In this document: piece by piece, positions 1-12,460 of the stretch | Numbering within the stretch: position 1 is the stretch's first letter | How the letters are laid out: each line of letters starts with the position of its first letter | Source: Alphaproteobacteria bacterium | Lineage (GTDB): Bacteria; Pseudomonadota; Alphaproteobacteria; Rs-D84 | Direction of reading: 5' to 3' | NCBI GenBank assembly: GCA_017549445.1 | Contig: JAFYUU010000015.1 | Location: 1-56,766 of the forward strand | DNA: 56,766 nucleotides | Position numbers and translations under genes: made by a program | Notes under the pieces: generated by a model | Databases searched by the model: none | Seen by the model: the letters and a program-made list of their open reading frames with translations, nothing else | Told to the model about the DNA's origin: nothing

Positions 1-1043
1 AATTCGGTCAAACTTTCCGCCGTCAGATAATCACCCTTTGCCTGCTTTTCTTCAATCGCCGCTTCCAACGTTGTTCTCACCGTATCCAGTTCTTCACTGG
101 TCGCCAAACCATCTAATGATGGAATTGTTGGTGTATCCGTCAAATCATTGTATGAACCTGTTGTCGCAACCGTTGCCAAATCAGCAGATTTCACATATCC
201 TTCCAACGAAGGAATATTTATCGCATCAATTGCATTCTGCAATGCTGCATCCGCCGCACTCATGTCTGCCTTGGTCGCATACGTTTCGCCCAAACCATTG
301 ATTGCGTTTTGCAGATTTGTCACCGTGGCGACATCTGCCTTGCCCGACTGCAATGCAGTCACCGCATCGTTCAGTTCGGTCAAACTTTCCGCCGTCAGAT
401 AATCACCCTTTGCCTGCTTTTCTTCAATCGCCGCTTCCAACGTTGTTCTCAACGTATTCAGTTCTTCACTGGTCGCCAAACCATCTAATGATGGAATTGT
501 TGGTGTATCCGTCAAATCATTATATGAACCTGTTGTCGCAACCTTTGCCAAATCATCAGATTTCACATATCCATCTAACGAAGGAATATTTATCGCATCA
601 ATTGCACCCTGCAATCTTTGTTCAACTTCGGTCAATTCTGATTTTTTTGCATAGTCCGCAGAAATCGTTTCAACAGTTGTTTTCAGTGTTTCGATTGTTT
701 CATTGTCCGCAGAACCTGACTTTAACGTTTCAACTGTTGTTTTTAATGTTTCCAGTTCCGCCTTATCAGCATAATCCCCGGCTGCCTGTTTTTCATCAAT
801 TGCATCCTGCAAAGCATTCTGAACTTCGGTCAACTTTTCTGTTGTCACCAACCCCGTTGCAGAAATCACATTATCCAAAATATTGATATTATCACCTGGT
901 GTCAATATTCCTTGCTTTAATGCCAACTCTGTATCGACGTATTTCTTACTGGCCAGATTCACCGATGCCGCCTGTGCCGATGCACAGACCCCTGCGAATA
1001 TAGCAGCTGCGAAACCAGAAAACATAATATTTTTAATCTTCAT
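1..1043 (-). CDS. Secreted fibrous repeat protein with phage tail-fibre-like motifs (partial, runs off left edge; absent from the ORF track)
   Basis: ATG at 1043 behind AAGGAAAAG and open to position 1. It reads MKIKNIMFSGFAAAIFAGVCASAQA (signal peptide), then ASKKYVDTELALKQ, KQAxGDY and VATTGSYNDLTDTPTIP repeats. Confidence 0.85.
   Translation of the reverse strand, partial: MKIKNIMFSGFAAAIFAGVCASAQAASVNLASKKYVDTELALKQGILTPGDNINILDNVISATGLVTTEKLTEVQNALQDAIDEKQAAGDYADKAELETLKTTVETLKSGSADNETIETLKTTVETISADYAKKSELTEVEQRLQGAIDAINIPSLDGYVKSDDLAKVATTGSYNDLTDTPTIPSLDGLATSEELNTLRTTLEAAIEEKQAKGDYLTAESLTELNDAVTALQSGKADVATVTNLQNAINGLGETYATKADMSAADAALQNAIDAINIPSLEGYVKSADLATVATTGSYNDLTDTPTIPSLDGLATSEELDTVRTTLEAAIEEKQAKGDYLTAESLTE
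3..616. repeat. Intragenic tandem repeat, period 372 bp (124 aa)
   Basis: 3..~244 is nearly identical to 375..~616 (ttcggtcaaactttccgccgtcagataatc starts at both 3 and 375). Confidence 0.9.
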
Positions 1044-1082
1044 CTTTTCCTTCCTTTATCTTCGTGCGGTTATCGCAACTTC

Positions 1083-3785
<2,703 letters not shown>

Positions 3786-3866
3786 TAAACTCTCTCTACA
3801 CGTTTTTATATTATCACATTTTGCGAATCGGGGTCAATACCTTTATTCGGTTTTTTCCTAATTCAA

Positions 3867-4571
3867 TTAAAATTCGTAACGCACACCCAATGAAATCGAG
3901 TTATCCATTATAAACCCAATATCGTTTGTGAAATCGTATCCATTATCTAACTTGCGGGTCTGTTCTGTTCCCATAAATCCTGCAAAACGATAACGCAAAT
4001 CCAACACCAGGTTGTAATCCAGTTCATATGTCCAACCAACCATCAATGCCCCCATTGGAGAAATTGCACGTTCACTGCGATCACCCGCTTCGAACGCTGC
4101 CATATCCAATTCTGTTTTTGGCACAGCGATACCTAAACCAGCACCAACGTATAAACCATTTGCAAAATCATAATAACCATTTGCCATCAAATAAGGAACA
4201 GTCATCTTAAACGAAGCACCATCGTCTTTATCTTCGAACTGACCGATTAAACCGGCTTCTACTTCTGCACGCCAGAAATAATTAAATGTCCGGCCTGCAT
4301 AAACAGAACCGCCAAACACTGGCTCAAACGAATAATCATCATGATCATACGTCGCATCAACACCTGGATCATCCGAAGAATATTCATTTTCCCAGTTCAA
4401 CAAACTCAATTCCAGGCGACCACCGACATACCAACCTGTCTTGGCTTTGTCTGTATAATCATATATCACATTATAGGCACCATTGCCTGCACGTGTGATA
4501 TAACTTGGTGCTGCGGACGCAACTGTTGTGGTTAAAGCTGTCAAAACAAAGACAGATACAAGTTTTTTCAT
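3867..4571 (-). CDS. Outer membrane beta-barrel protein (8-stranded OmpA-TM/opacity-like)
   Basis: Start moved to MKKLVSVF (GGAG RBS). Signal peptide, alternating beta strands and C-terminal GVRYEF. Confidence 0.85.
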   Translation of the reverse strand: MKKLVSVFVLTALTTTVASAAPSYITRAGNGAYNVIYDYTDKAKTGWYVGGRLELSLLNWENEYSSDDPGVDATYDHDDYSFEPVFGGSVYAGRTFNYFWRAEVEAGLIGQFEDKDDGASFKMTVPYLMANGYYDFANGLYVGAGLGIAVPKTELDMAAFEAGDRSERAISPMGALMVGWTYELDYNLVLDLRYRFAGFMGTEQTRKLDNGYDFTNDIGFIMDNSISLGVRYEF

Positions 4572-4644
4572 AAAACACTCCTTCCATTTTTTCTTATAGT
4601 ATAACATAAATCGCCCCCCTTCTACAAACAAAAAAAATCAGATA

Positions 4645-4674
4645 TTGACATCTTTTCATAAAATCTGCTAAATT
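4645..4674 (+). promoter_or_regulatory. Putative sigma70 promoter for pal
   Basis: TTGACA-N18-TAAATT with TG upstream of the -10. Confidence 0.45.
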
Positions 4675-4703
4675 TATTTCAGAACATTTATTTCGGAAAG
4701 GAT

Positions 4704-5105
4704 ATGGACATGAAAAAAATCATTGCAATCGTTGCATTACTGGGCTTGACCGCATGTGCAAACGCACCCAAGGAACTAGAAGGCCAACAGGTATTTTACG
4801 CATTCGATTCGGCCCAGTTGTCTGACGATGCCCGTGACAACCTACGTGCCCAGGCACTGTATATGAAGAAAAACCCAGAAATCAATGTTTTAATCGAAGG
4901 TCGCTGTGACGAACGTGGCACAACTGAATACAACCTGGCACTGGGTGCTGTCCGTGCTGGCAATGCTGCCCACGCTTTGATACGCAACGACATCGAACCA
5001 GAACGTATTAAAACAATTTCTTACGGCAAAGAAAACCCATTATACCCCGGCACAGGCGAAGAAGTATGGGCAAAAAACAGAAATGCCACAACACGTGTAA
5101 AATAA
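4704..5105 (+). CDS. pal: Peptidoglycan-associated lipoprotein (OmpA C-terminal domain)
   Basis: Lipobox LTAC, VFYAFDSAQL, IEGRCDERGTTEYNLALG and ISYGKE motifs. Start may be 4710. Confidence 0.9.
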   Translation: MDMKKIIAIVALLGLTACANAPKELEGQQVFYAFDSAQLSDDARDNLRAQALYMKKNPEINVLIEGRCDERGTTEYNLALGAVRAGNAAHALIRNDIEPERIKTISYGKENPLYPGTGEEVWAKNRNATTRVK

Positions 5106-5106
5106 C

Positions 5107-5130
5107 AAAATCCGCTTTGGCGGATTTTTT
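5107..5130 (+). terminator. Rho-independent terminator
   Basis: AAAATCCGC-TTTG-GCGGATTTT plus T run after the pal stop. Confidence 0.8.
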
Positions 5131-5181
5131 CTTGCGACAAAATATTTGACCGATAATATTTTTTTTACTACCATCGAACAC

Positions 5182-5970
5182 ATGGAAGAAAAAACATCTA
5201 TCTCTTTTGCAAACGTTGCGACACGCTATGACGGTTCTGCCGAAATTCTGTCTGACGTTTCATTTAATATCGGCAGTGGTGGCTTTTACTTTTTATCTGG
5301 TGCATCTGGTGCCGGAAAAACCACGTTATTACGTCTGATTTACCAATTACACAAACCCACACGTGGTCAAATTAAACTGTTTGGCAAATCAACCGAAGGG
5401 CTAAGCCGTGATGAAATCACAAAACTGCGTCAAAAGATGGCGATTGTATTCCAAGAATACTCGCTGTTATCACATTTGACTGTATTTGATAACGTTGCCC
5501 TGCCCCTGCGTGTTCGTGGTTTATCAGAATCAAAAATCCGCCCCCTTGTATCCAAGGTTTTAGATTGGGTTGGCCTGGGCAAATTTGGTGACGCCCTGCC
5601 CCGCACATTATCTGGTGGACAACAGCAACGTGTATCCGTGGCCCGTGCTATTATTGTCCAACCATCTATCCTGCTGGCAGACGAACCCACAGGCAGTTTG
5701 GACGATGAAAACGCATCTCGTTTAATGGAATTGTTTATCCAGATGAACAAGATGTTCGGCACAACGATTATTTTGGCAACCCACAACAAGAAATTGATGG
5801 AAACATACAAATTTCCCGTAATAAACGTTGAAAATCATCGGGTCACATTTGTGGGTCAAAAGCCAGTTGCCACAGAACCAACAGAATCCAAAAAGGTATG
5901 GAAGGGTCCCAAACCCCAAACATATTTTGCAGAACTATCGAAACAATTTGACGACATTGGGAACGCATAA
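5182..5970 (+). CDS. ftsE: Cell division ATP-binding protein FtsE
   Basis: Walker A GASGAGKT, LSGGQQQRV and LLADEPTGSLD, upstream of ftsX. Confidence 0.88.
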   Translation: MEEKTSISFANVATRYDGSAEILSDVSFNIGSGGFYFLSGASGAGKTTLLRLIYQLHKPTRGQIKLFGKSTEGLSRDEITKLRQKMAIVFQEYSLLSHLTVFDNVALPLRVRGLSESKIRPLVSKVLDWVGLGKFGDALPRTLSGGQQQRVSVARAIIVQPSILLADEPTGSLDDENASRLMELFIQMNKMFGTTIILATHNKKLMETYKFPVINVENHRVTFVGQKPVATEPTESKKVWKGPKPQTYFAELSKQFDDIGNA

Positions 5971-6807
5971 ATGAAAAAGAAACCGATTGTATTTTCCCTG
6001 GTTCATGACCAGTCCGTTTTTATGACGGCGATTATGTCGCTGTTGACATTTATATCTGTTTTGGCCCTGGGATTGGCCCTGTCGATTGGCACGGGTGTAA
6101 TGCGATGGAATGCCCAATGGGACTTATTCGCCACGGTCCAGGTAATGGATTCAGCGAACACAGATGCCACACGCCAAACAATCAATCGTAACCAGGACAA
6201 AATGCTATCTGTTCGTGAAATTTCATCGGAAGAAATGTCAAATTTAATGCGACCATGGCTATCAGGTGGCAAAACCTTGTCAAACTACCTGCCCCAGATG
6301 TGGGAAATTCAGTTCAAATCTAAATCAGACCTGACCTCTGTTCAACCAGAGTTTGAGAAGACATCACGTTTCCTAACCCATGCATCGGCCCTGAAAACAT
6401 CAACCAGTGCAGGTTGGAAAATGATTGCAATATCTATTTTGGTATTGTCTTTAACATTGGGTTCGATTGGCGTATGTATATCGTATATCGCCCGAAACAC
6501 GGCAATGCTGCACCGCCGAGAATTAGAGATATTAAACCAAATCGGTGCATCAGATAACTTTGTCGCCCGTCAAATGCAGAAAATCGTTGCCCGCATTGCA
6601 ACCCTGTCTGCCACCTGCGGATTTTTGGTTGCCACCCCCGTATTATTATTGATTTTGGCAACAGCGCACTCGTCCCGTGTGGGTCTGATGTCAATGCTGA
6701 ATCTGTCTGGCTGGGGATGGTTCACCCTGCTGATGATGGCGATTTTAATCATAGTATTTGCGATATGGATTACCCGTCGCACAACATTAAATATACTAAG
6801 AAAGTAA
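5971..6807 (+). CDS. ftsX: Cell division permease FtsX
   Basis: One N-terminal plus three C-terminal TM segments, HRRELEILNQIGASDNFV motif, abuts ftsE. Confidence 0.85.
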   Translation: MKKKPIVFSLVHDQSVFMTAIMSLLTFISVLALGLALSIGTGVMRWNAQWDLFATVQVMDSANTDATRQTINRNQDKMLSVREISSEEMSNLMRPWLSGGKTLSNYLPQMWEIQFKSKSDLTSVQPEFEKTSRFLTHASALKTSTSAGWKMIAISILVLSLTLGSIGVCISYIARNTAMLHRRELEILNQIGASDNFVARQMQKIVARIATLSATCGFLVATPVLLLILATAHSSRVGLMSMLNLSGWGWFTLLMMAILIIVFAIWITRRTTLNILRK

Positions 6808-6810
6808 TCC

Positions 6811-7320
6811 ATGCGTTGTGTAACCCCATCTTTTTTGGCATTTGGCTTGTTCATCTTGGGCGGTATGATTTTCAAGTCCGTATCCCCTGTGCGTTGTGAT
6901 GGCATATTACCAGATGACAGCATATTTGTCTTAACCGGTGACGAACGCAGAATCCCCTTTGCAATGCGTCAGATGGAAAAGTATCCAGATTCTGACCTTT
7001 ACATTATTGGTGCGGGCACCCCCACATCTATCAAAACAAACAAACAGGTTGTCATTGAATCAAAATCCAAATCCACATATCAAAATGCCCTGGCGATAAA
7101 AGATATTGCAAACCGTGCGGGCCTTGATCGCCTGGTCGTCATTACCACCGAAGACCACATGTTGCGTGCCAGATACCTGATACGTCACGAATTACCAGAC
7201 ACACAAATTATCGCATGTCCTGCGGTGTTAAAGGGTATGCCACCGGCCAAACGTCTTGAACGTTGGACGGTTGAATACCTGAAATACCTGGTCACTATGT
7301 TGGGAATAAAAGAAAGTTAA
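6811..7320 (+). CDS. YdcF/DUF218 family protein
   Basis: IFVLTGDERRI, SKSTYQNA and ITTEDHMLRA motifs in the conserved position after ftsX. Confidence 0.8.
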   Translation: MRCVTPSFLAFGLFILGGMIFKSVSPVRCDGILPDDSIFVLTGDERRIPFAMRQMEKYPDSDLYIIGAGTPTSIKTNKQVVIESKSKSTYQNALAIKDIANRAGLDRLVVITTEDHMLRARYLIRHELPDTQIIACPAVLKGMPPAKRLERWTVEYLKYLVTMLGIKES

Positions 7321-7343
7321 AAACCAAAAACAAAGGAAGCAAA

Positions 7344-8051
7344 ATGTTCAGAACAATATTATTCAAGATTGCCTTACCAATATATTTCCTGCTGTGGACA
7401 CCACTACTGCTGGTTGGCCTTGTCTCAAAACGCCTGACCAGATTATTTGTTTTTACAGATGCCTGGGGTGTATTGGGTCTGGCCCGTTTAATCTGTGGCA
7501 TAAAATACCAGGTTCACTACCCAACCTCGGATGATTCAGACATTCCCGATATGCCCAACGGCAATGCACGTCTGGACGGAAAATCTATTATCGCATCCAA
7601 ACACATGTCTATTTTGGAAATAGCGGTAATTTCCCGTGTCTTTCCAAACTCATTTTTCATTATGAAACGTGAATTATTATGGATTCCGATTTACGGCTGG
7701 GCATTTTGGCGTTGTGGAATGTTGGGTGTAAATCGTGCCCGTGGCAAGACAAACATGACCAAACTAGCAAACGAGGTTGAAAAACGTGTTCTGGACGGCA
7801 AAACCTTGGTTATATTCCCCGAAGGCACCCGTGCCAAACCCGGTCAAAAAATCCCATTAAAGCGTGGCTTGCTATTGTTGGCATATAAATTAAAACTGCC
7901 AATTCAGCCCGTTGGCACCGATGCCGGCCTATATTGGCCAAAGCACGGACGCATGCACCCAGGCACCGCCAACGTATATTTCGAACCATTATTGCCATCA
8001 AACGCATCACTGGACGAAATATCTGACGCAATCAATCGCCACAGTGCATAA
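7344..8051 (+). CDS. plsC: 1-acyl-sn-glycerol-3-phosphate acyltransferase
   Basis: SKHMSILE (HX4D-like) and IFPEGTR motifs. Confidence 0.85.
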   Translation: MFRTILFKIALPIYFLLWTPLLLVGLVSKRLTRLFVFTDAWGVLGLARLICGIKYQVHYPTSDDSDIPDMPNGNARLDGKSIIASKHMSILEIAVISRVFPNSFFIMKRELLWIPIYGWAFWRCGMLGVNRARGKTNMTKLANEVEKRVLDGKTLVIFPEGTRAKPGQKIPLKRGLLLLAYKLKLPIQPVGTDAGLYWPKHGRMHPGTANVYFEPLLPSNASLDEISDAINRHSA

Positions 8052-8063
8052 AAAACACAAAAC

Positions 8064-8090
8064 AAAAAATCCCCTGAACGGGGATTTTTT
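8064..8090. terminator. Bidirectional terminator
   Basis: AAAAAATCCCC-TGAAC-GGGGATTTTTT between convergent genes. Confidence 0.8.
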
Positions 8091-8503
8091 TAATTACACC
8101 ACGATTTCCGTTTTCCACCGGCATACGGCCGACCTAAATCTGCCCCAATCAAAATCAATCCCACATCTCGCCCATCAGGCATAAAAACATTTGCATTTAT
8201 CCGTCCCAGATATTTATCGTCTTTGATACTATCCAGTTGCACCACCGTCCCCTTGGGCAACAACTCTTTTAAATAGTTTTTTGCCCTGTGTGCCAAATTT
8301 ATTTCCCGCTGACATGCCCCGTGAATTTCTGGCGTATCAACATTTATCAACCGCACCCGCACAGTAATTGCAACATCCACGTCCAAATTGACCTTGGCAG
8401 AAAACGTATCACCGTCTATCACATAGTCCACCACCGCCGGCACAGTCGCCCGACACGGCCCCACCAAAAACATTCCCAAAACCAATATTAAAATTTTATT
8501 CAC
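8090..8503 (-). CDS. Secreted thermonuclease (SNase family)
   Basis: Start moved to GTG 8503 (GGGGGA RBS). Signal peptide, VIDGDTF, VRLINVDTPE and DKYLGR motifs. Confidence 0.85.
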   Translation of the reverse strand: MNKILILVLGMFLVGPCRATVPAVVDYVIDGDTFSAKVNLDVDVAITVRVRLINVDTPEIHGACQREINLAHRAKNYLKELLPKGTVVQLDSIKDDKYLGRINANVFMPDGRDVGLILIGADLGRPYAGGKRKSWCN

Positions 8504-8737
8504 CAACAAATCCCCCTGTTTGCATATCTCACAACTTTTTATAGGCCCCATTTGCCCACAATCCACACCAGCACAGTAAAAATACCGAAACAAAATAAAA
8601 AGGAAATTTTTCAATAACCGACCAATAAAATTTATTCAGTGCCTTTGGAAACATTTTACCCTCTCAATCACCGCACAGTAATAATATCAAAAAGGGGAAT
8701 AAAATCCAAGACGCATTTAGACATCTTGTTTTCTGGC

Positions 8738-8760
8738 AAAAAACACCCGCCTGTGGCGGG
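8738..8760 (-). terminator. Terminator after tolB
   Basis: CCCGCC-TGT-GGCGGG flanked by A and T runs. Confidence 0.7.
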
Positions 8761-8768
8761 TTATTTTT

Positions 8769-10088
8769 TTACATCAATCTGGGCGACCAGGTCGGCTCCA
8801 GCCCATTTACCCCTTCGGGCAATTCAATATCATAAATATTCTGGCCGGTAATATCAACACTGCGAATATGACTGATGCGTTCAATCCCGTCTATATGCTT
8901 TTCTGTTTCATAATAGACCACACGTCTTGACCCCGGGGCCCAGGACGGTGCCTCCATAAACCAGCCCCCTGCCAAAATCTTTTCATTTCTGCCCTGTGGA
9001 TTCATAATCCCGACATAGAACGTATCATCTGCCATCTTGGTAAATGCAATAAACTGCCCATCAGGCGACCATGCAGGTGTCGCATACCGCCCCGCACCAT
9101 AGGTCAAACGTTTTTGTTCACCTGTTTCCAAATCCAGAATATGAATCTGCTGACTGCCCGACCTATCCGAATTAAATGCCATTTTTTTACCATCTGGTGA
9201 ATAAGACGGACTGGTATTGATTGATTTACCAAACGTCAATTGACGCAGTTTTTGTTCCGCAATATTATATTCATAAATATGCGTAATTCCATCTTTCACC
9301 AGCGACAACGCCACCCTGTTTCCATCTGGCGAAAATCTTGGTGCAAAATTCATACCACCAAATTGCCCCAAACGTTGCTGTTCCCCAGTATCCAGATTCA
9401 GCGACCAAACCATCGGTTCGTCATTATGATAGGACAAGAACACAATCGTCTGCATACTGGGCGAAAAATGTGGTGACATAACAAATGTCTTGTCATCCGA
9501 CAAATACCGCAAACCATATCCGTCCTGATCCATAATGGCCATACGTTTTGTCCGCTTGTGAATTGGGCCCGTCTCGGCGATAAAGGCAATTTGCGTATCA
9601 AAATAACCAATTTCGCCCGTCAGGCGTTCATAAATTGCATCGGCCATAATATGTGCCAAACGTCTGGCGGACTTGCGTGATGCGACCAACGACTGTGCCT
9701 CGATTTGCTCGGTTCCATTTACGTCCCAAACAAAGAATTCCAACCGATACTGATTTCCTGCATCAGCATACAATTTTGTCTGAACCAAGATTTGGGTTTT
9801 AATTGCCTGCCACGACTTAAAGTTTGGCATTTTTCCCATCTTTACATATTCTGGAAACGCATCATGATTTACGATACGAAACAGTCCCGTCCGTTTCAGG
9901 TCATCTTCGACCACCTGGCGTATCATAGACGCATCTTTGGATTTAACATCGCCCACGGTTTCGAACTTTTGTATTGCGATTGACGTTGGTTCGGCAGAAC
10001 CTGCAATAATATCAACCTTTAATTCCGCCCAGGACGGCAAAACCGCCATCACACAAATCACGATTATCGTCAGTAATTTCTTAAACAT
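8769..10088 (-). CDS. tolB: Tol-Pal system beta-propeller protein TolB
   Basis: Signal peptide, DLKRTGLFR, RRLAHIMADAIYERLTGE and repeated PxFSPDG (PD40) motifs. Start moved to 10088. Confidence 0.93.
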   Translation of the reverse strand: MFKKLLTIIVICVMAVLPSWAELKVDIIAGSAEPTSIAIQKFETVGDVKSKDASMIRQVVEDDLKRTGLFRIVNHDAFPEYVKMGKMPNFKSWQAIKTQILVQTKLYADAGNQYRLEFFVWDVNGTEQIEAQSLVASRKSARRLAHIMADAIYERLTGEIGYFDTQIAFIAETGPIHKRTKRMAIMDQDGYGLRYLSDDKTFVMSPHFSPSMQTIVFLSYHNDEPMVWSLNLDTGEQQRLGQFGGMNFAPRFSPDGNRVALSLVKDGITHIYEYNIAEQKLRQLTFGKSINTSPSYSPDGKKMAFNSDRSGSQQIHILDLETGEQKRLTYGAGRYATPAWSPDGQFIAFTKMADDTFYVGIMNPQGRNEKILAGGWFMEAPSWAPGSRRVVYYETEKHIDGIERISHIRSVDITGQNIYDIELPEGVNGLEPTWSPRLM

Positions 10089-10243
10089 ATAATAAATCCT
10101 TTCCATAAATATACGTCAATTTTATATGGACGAAACACAAAAATCAAGCCACCAGCACACTTTTATCCCCCAAAATCCACAACAATACACACGTCCCCAC
10201 AAACGCCCTTACAACCGTCTATATTGCGGTCAATATATTTGTA

Positions 10244-10280
10244 TTGACAAGTGTATTTACAATGGTATAGTTTATTGTAA
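10244..10280 (+). promoter_or_regulatory. Sigma70 promoter with overlapping inverted-repeat operator
   Basis: TTGACA(10244)-N16-TATAGT(10266). TTACAAT-N10-ATTGTAA (10257-10280) brackets the -10. Confidence 0.6.
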
Positions 10281-10316
10281 TGACGGTGGTATTGAACCAA
10301 GTATAGGAGTTTGTCC

Positions 10317-10541
10317 ATGCCAAACGTGATGCAACAATTGTTCATCATGAACATAGAATCTTTATTGCGTGAATACGCCGCCTACAAGGCGTTTAACAAA
10401 TCCGACTGCGTAATCAACATGCGTATTCCCCGTCCCATCTTGGACAAGATAAAAGAACTGGCGGATCAACAGCACGTCCCCTATCAATCTTTGATATCAT
10501 CTGTTCTGTTTTCACTGGCCAACCTGGAAGAAAAAAAATGA
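10317..10541 (+). CDS. Ribbon-helix-helix (CopG/BrnA-like) DNA-binding protein
   Basis: AGGAG RBS and INMRIPRPILDKIKELADQQHVPYQSLISSVL RHH pattern. Its stop overlaps the next start (ATGA). Confidence 0.7.
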   Translation: MPNVMQQLFIMNIESLLREYAAYKAFNKSDCVINMRIPRPILDKIKELADQQHVPYQSLISSVLFSLANLEEKK

Positions 10542-11461
10542 CCCCGTCCAAGAAACAAATCTTTAACACCTTGAACACCACCACACACCGTGTGAACGAA
10601 AACATTTCCCCTTCCCTGTTCTCAGACACCAACCCAACCGAAACAAACAACACCGAATTTTGGTATTATTCTGATTTATACAATTTATTTGGCACCCCAC
10701 GGTTTGACATATCCAATGCACGGGAACACACATATCAATCATTTGATTTTTCCCCCACGGGCAAACGTGAACAATTTGATTTCATTCATCAACATCGCCA
10801 AATTATTCAACGAAAATATTCGATAACTTTACCCCACACACCATTTGACCAAATCACAAAACCTGGCACGGACATAAAACTAACTCGCTATGCCTGCTGG
10901 TGCATTTTTAACCAACACCCGTCCCTGATATTCACCCAAACATATTTTATGAATCCTGAAATAGATTTTCAGACCTTGTATAAAATCTCTTATGAATTTG
11001 CCCGGGTATATCAACGCAAAAGATACAAAGAGGTCGAAAAACAATTATCTGGCATTCTGAACAAAATCGATGCAAACATCGCCCTGTTCAAAAGCCACCT
11101 GGACAAAGTTTTTTATCTGGGTCGCACCCACGATGAATTGCGACACGCATATAATCTGCCTAAACAAAATGGTGTTCCCCTGGCGGACCATATGGGTGCC
11201 ATATCGCTGCACGCCCGTCGCACAGCAATAGAACGTGCCATTGAAAAATTCCAGATCTGTCCTATTCGGACATTTCGTGCATTTGCCTATATCGCCCAAG
11301 AAGAAATACACAACGCCCGCATGAAAATGATTTCAGAATACAAGATTACCCCCGAACGTGACATTTATAAAAAAACGGTTTCAACTGTCGCATCTGAATT
11401 AAAACAAATGCAAAAAAATTTCATAAAAAAATATGCCTATCAAGACATTCGTGGCAAATAA
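10538..11461 (+). CDS. Divergent DinD / BRO-N-like protein
   Basis: DIKLTRYACWCI, FTQTYF, EVEKQLSGIL and VPLADHMGAI match the DinD family pattern. Confidence 0.6.
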   Translation: MTPSKKQIFNTLNTTTHRVNENISPSLFSDTNPTETNNTEFWYYSDLYNLFGTPRFDISNAREHTYQSFDFSPTGKREQFDFIHQHRQIIQRKYSITLPHTPFDQITKPGTDIKLTRYACWCIFNQHPSLIFTQTYFMNPEIDFQTLYKISYEFARVYQRKRYKEVEKQLSGILNKIDANIALFKSHLDKVFYLGRTHDELRHAYNLPKQNGVPLADHMGAISLHARRTAIERAIEKFQICPIRTFRAFAYIAQEEIHNARMKMISEYKITPERDIYKKTVSTVASELKQMQKNFIKKYAYQDIRGK

Positions 11462-11474
11462 AAATATCTATAAA

Positions 11475-11500
11475 AAAATGCGGTCTTTCGACCGCATTTT
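11475..11500. terminator. Bidirectional terminator
   Basis: AAAATGCGGTC-TTTC-GACCGCATTTT. Confidence 0.8.
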
Positions 11501-11501
11501 A

Positions 11502-11849
11502 CTAATCGTTCCATCCTGTCCCGACACACCCCAGCGACTCTAAACCCGCCGCCGACGACAGTGCCGTCAAAATTGCACCAATCATAAACAACAAAATAAA
11601 ACCAATCAAAAAAGCAACACCCTTACCCTTCAACTCTGCCATTGCATCAACTTTACCTTTTTCGATATATTCCCATGCCCATTTTGCAATCATAAATCCT
11701 GCACCAACGAACGCCAGTGTTCTCATAATCTTGAACACGCCCTGTAATTCTTCGACCAATTCGCAAATATCCCTCTCGGCTGCAAATGCAGGCATACTGG
11801 CCATAATTCCAACAATTGCGAAATTCAATTTATACATCAGTTTTTTCAT
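11502..11849 (-). CDS. VirB2/TrbC-like pilin (orphan)
   Basis: 115 aa. Signal peptide ending PAFA, then two hydrophobic helices separated by a short charged loop. Confidence 0.5.
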   Translation of the reverse strand: MKKLMYKLNFAIVGIMASMPAFAAERDICELVEELQGVFKIMRTLAFVGAGFMIAKWAWEYIEKGKVDAMAELKGKGVAFLIGFILLFMIGAILTALSSAAGLESLGCVGTGWND

Positions 11850-11932
11850 ATAAAAACCCCTTTCTGTTATAATTCCTTTTTCCATATTTTATCACAAAAC
11901 ATAAACAAATCCAAATAATATATTTAACAAAA

Positions 11933-11951
11933 ATCCCGCATGTTGCGGGAT
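11933..11951 (-). terminator. Terminator
   Basis: ATCCCGCA-TGT-TGCGGGAT with an adjacent A run. Confidence 0.7.
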
Positions 11952-11958
11952 ATATTTT

Positions 11959-12303
11959 TCAATTCACTTTTACATACTTGCATTTTTTTGCACAACCGCA
12001 CTTGGAACCAAACGATACTTTTTTTGTTGCAACTGGCATAACAATCTTTCTGTCCTGACGTGCGGGCTGTCCCATCATATCTGCATTATACAAATCACGG
12101 CACTTGGTATTACGATAAACAATTTTATTATCCGCATCCAGCGAACGAATATCCCCACTGAAATAGCGACCATGTTCCCCAGAATAGAACACACAGTCAT
12201 CGCCATCTTGGGTATATCGAACACCGCTTTTATAGTAATCATAGTAAATATTGCAACCGGCCAAGACGACCAACGCAAACATCAACGCCCAGATTTTTTT
12301 CAT
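11959..12303 (-). CDS. Hypothetical lipoprotein
   Basis: MKKIWALMFALVVLAGC lipobox and a Cys/Lys-rich C-terminus. Confidence 0.75.
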   Translation of the reverse strand: MKKIWALMFALVVLAGCNIYYDYYKSGVRYTQDGDDCVFYSGEHGRYFSGDIRSLDADNKIVYRNTKCRDLYNADMMGQPARQDRKIVMPVATKKVSFGSKCGCAKKCKYVKVN

Positions 12304-12460
12304 ATCCTTTGCCTTTTGTTTTTTGTCCGTTCTCTCTGTCTAAACTCCGATTTATTTTTATTGTTGCAAATTTATACACATTGTCAAGACTCCACCCCAG
12401 AAAAATTCCCACCTTTGCCGCACTTTATGATATAATTACACCAACACAAAGGATACTTAC

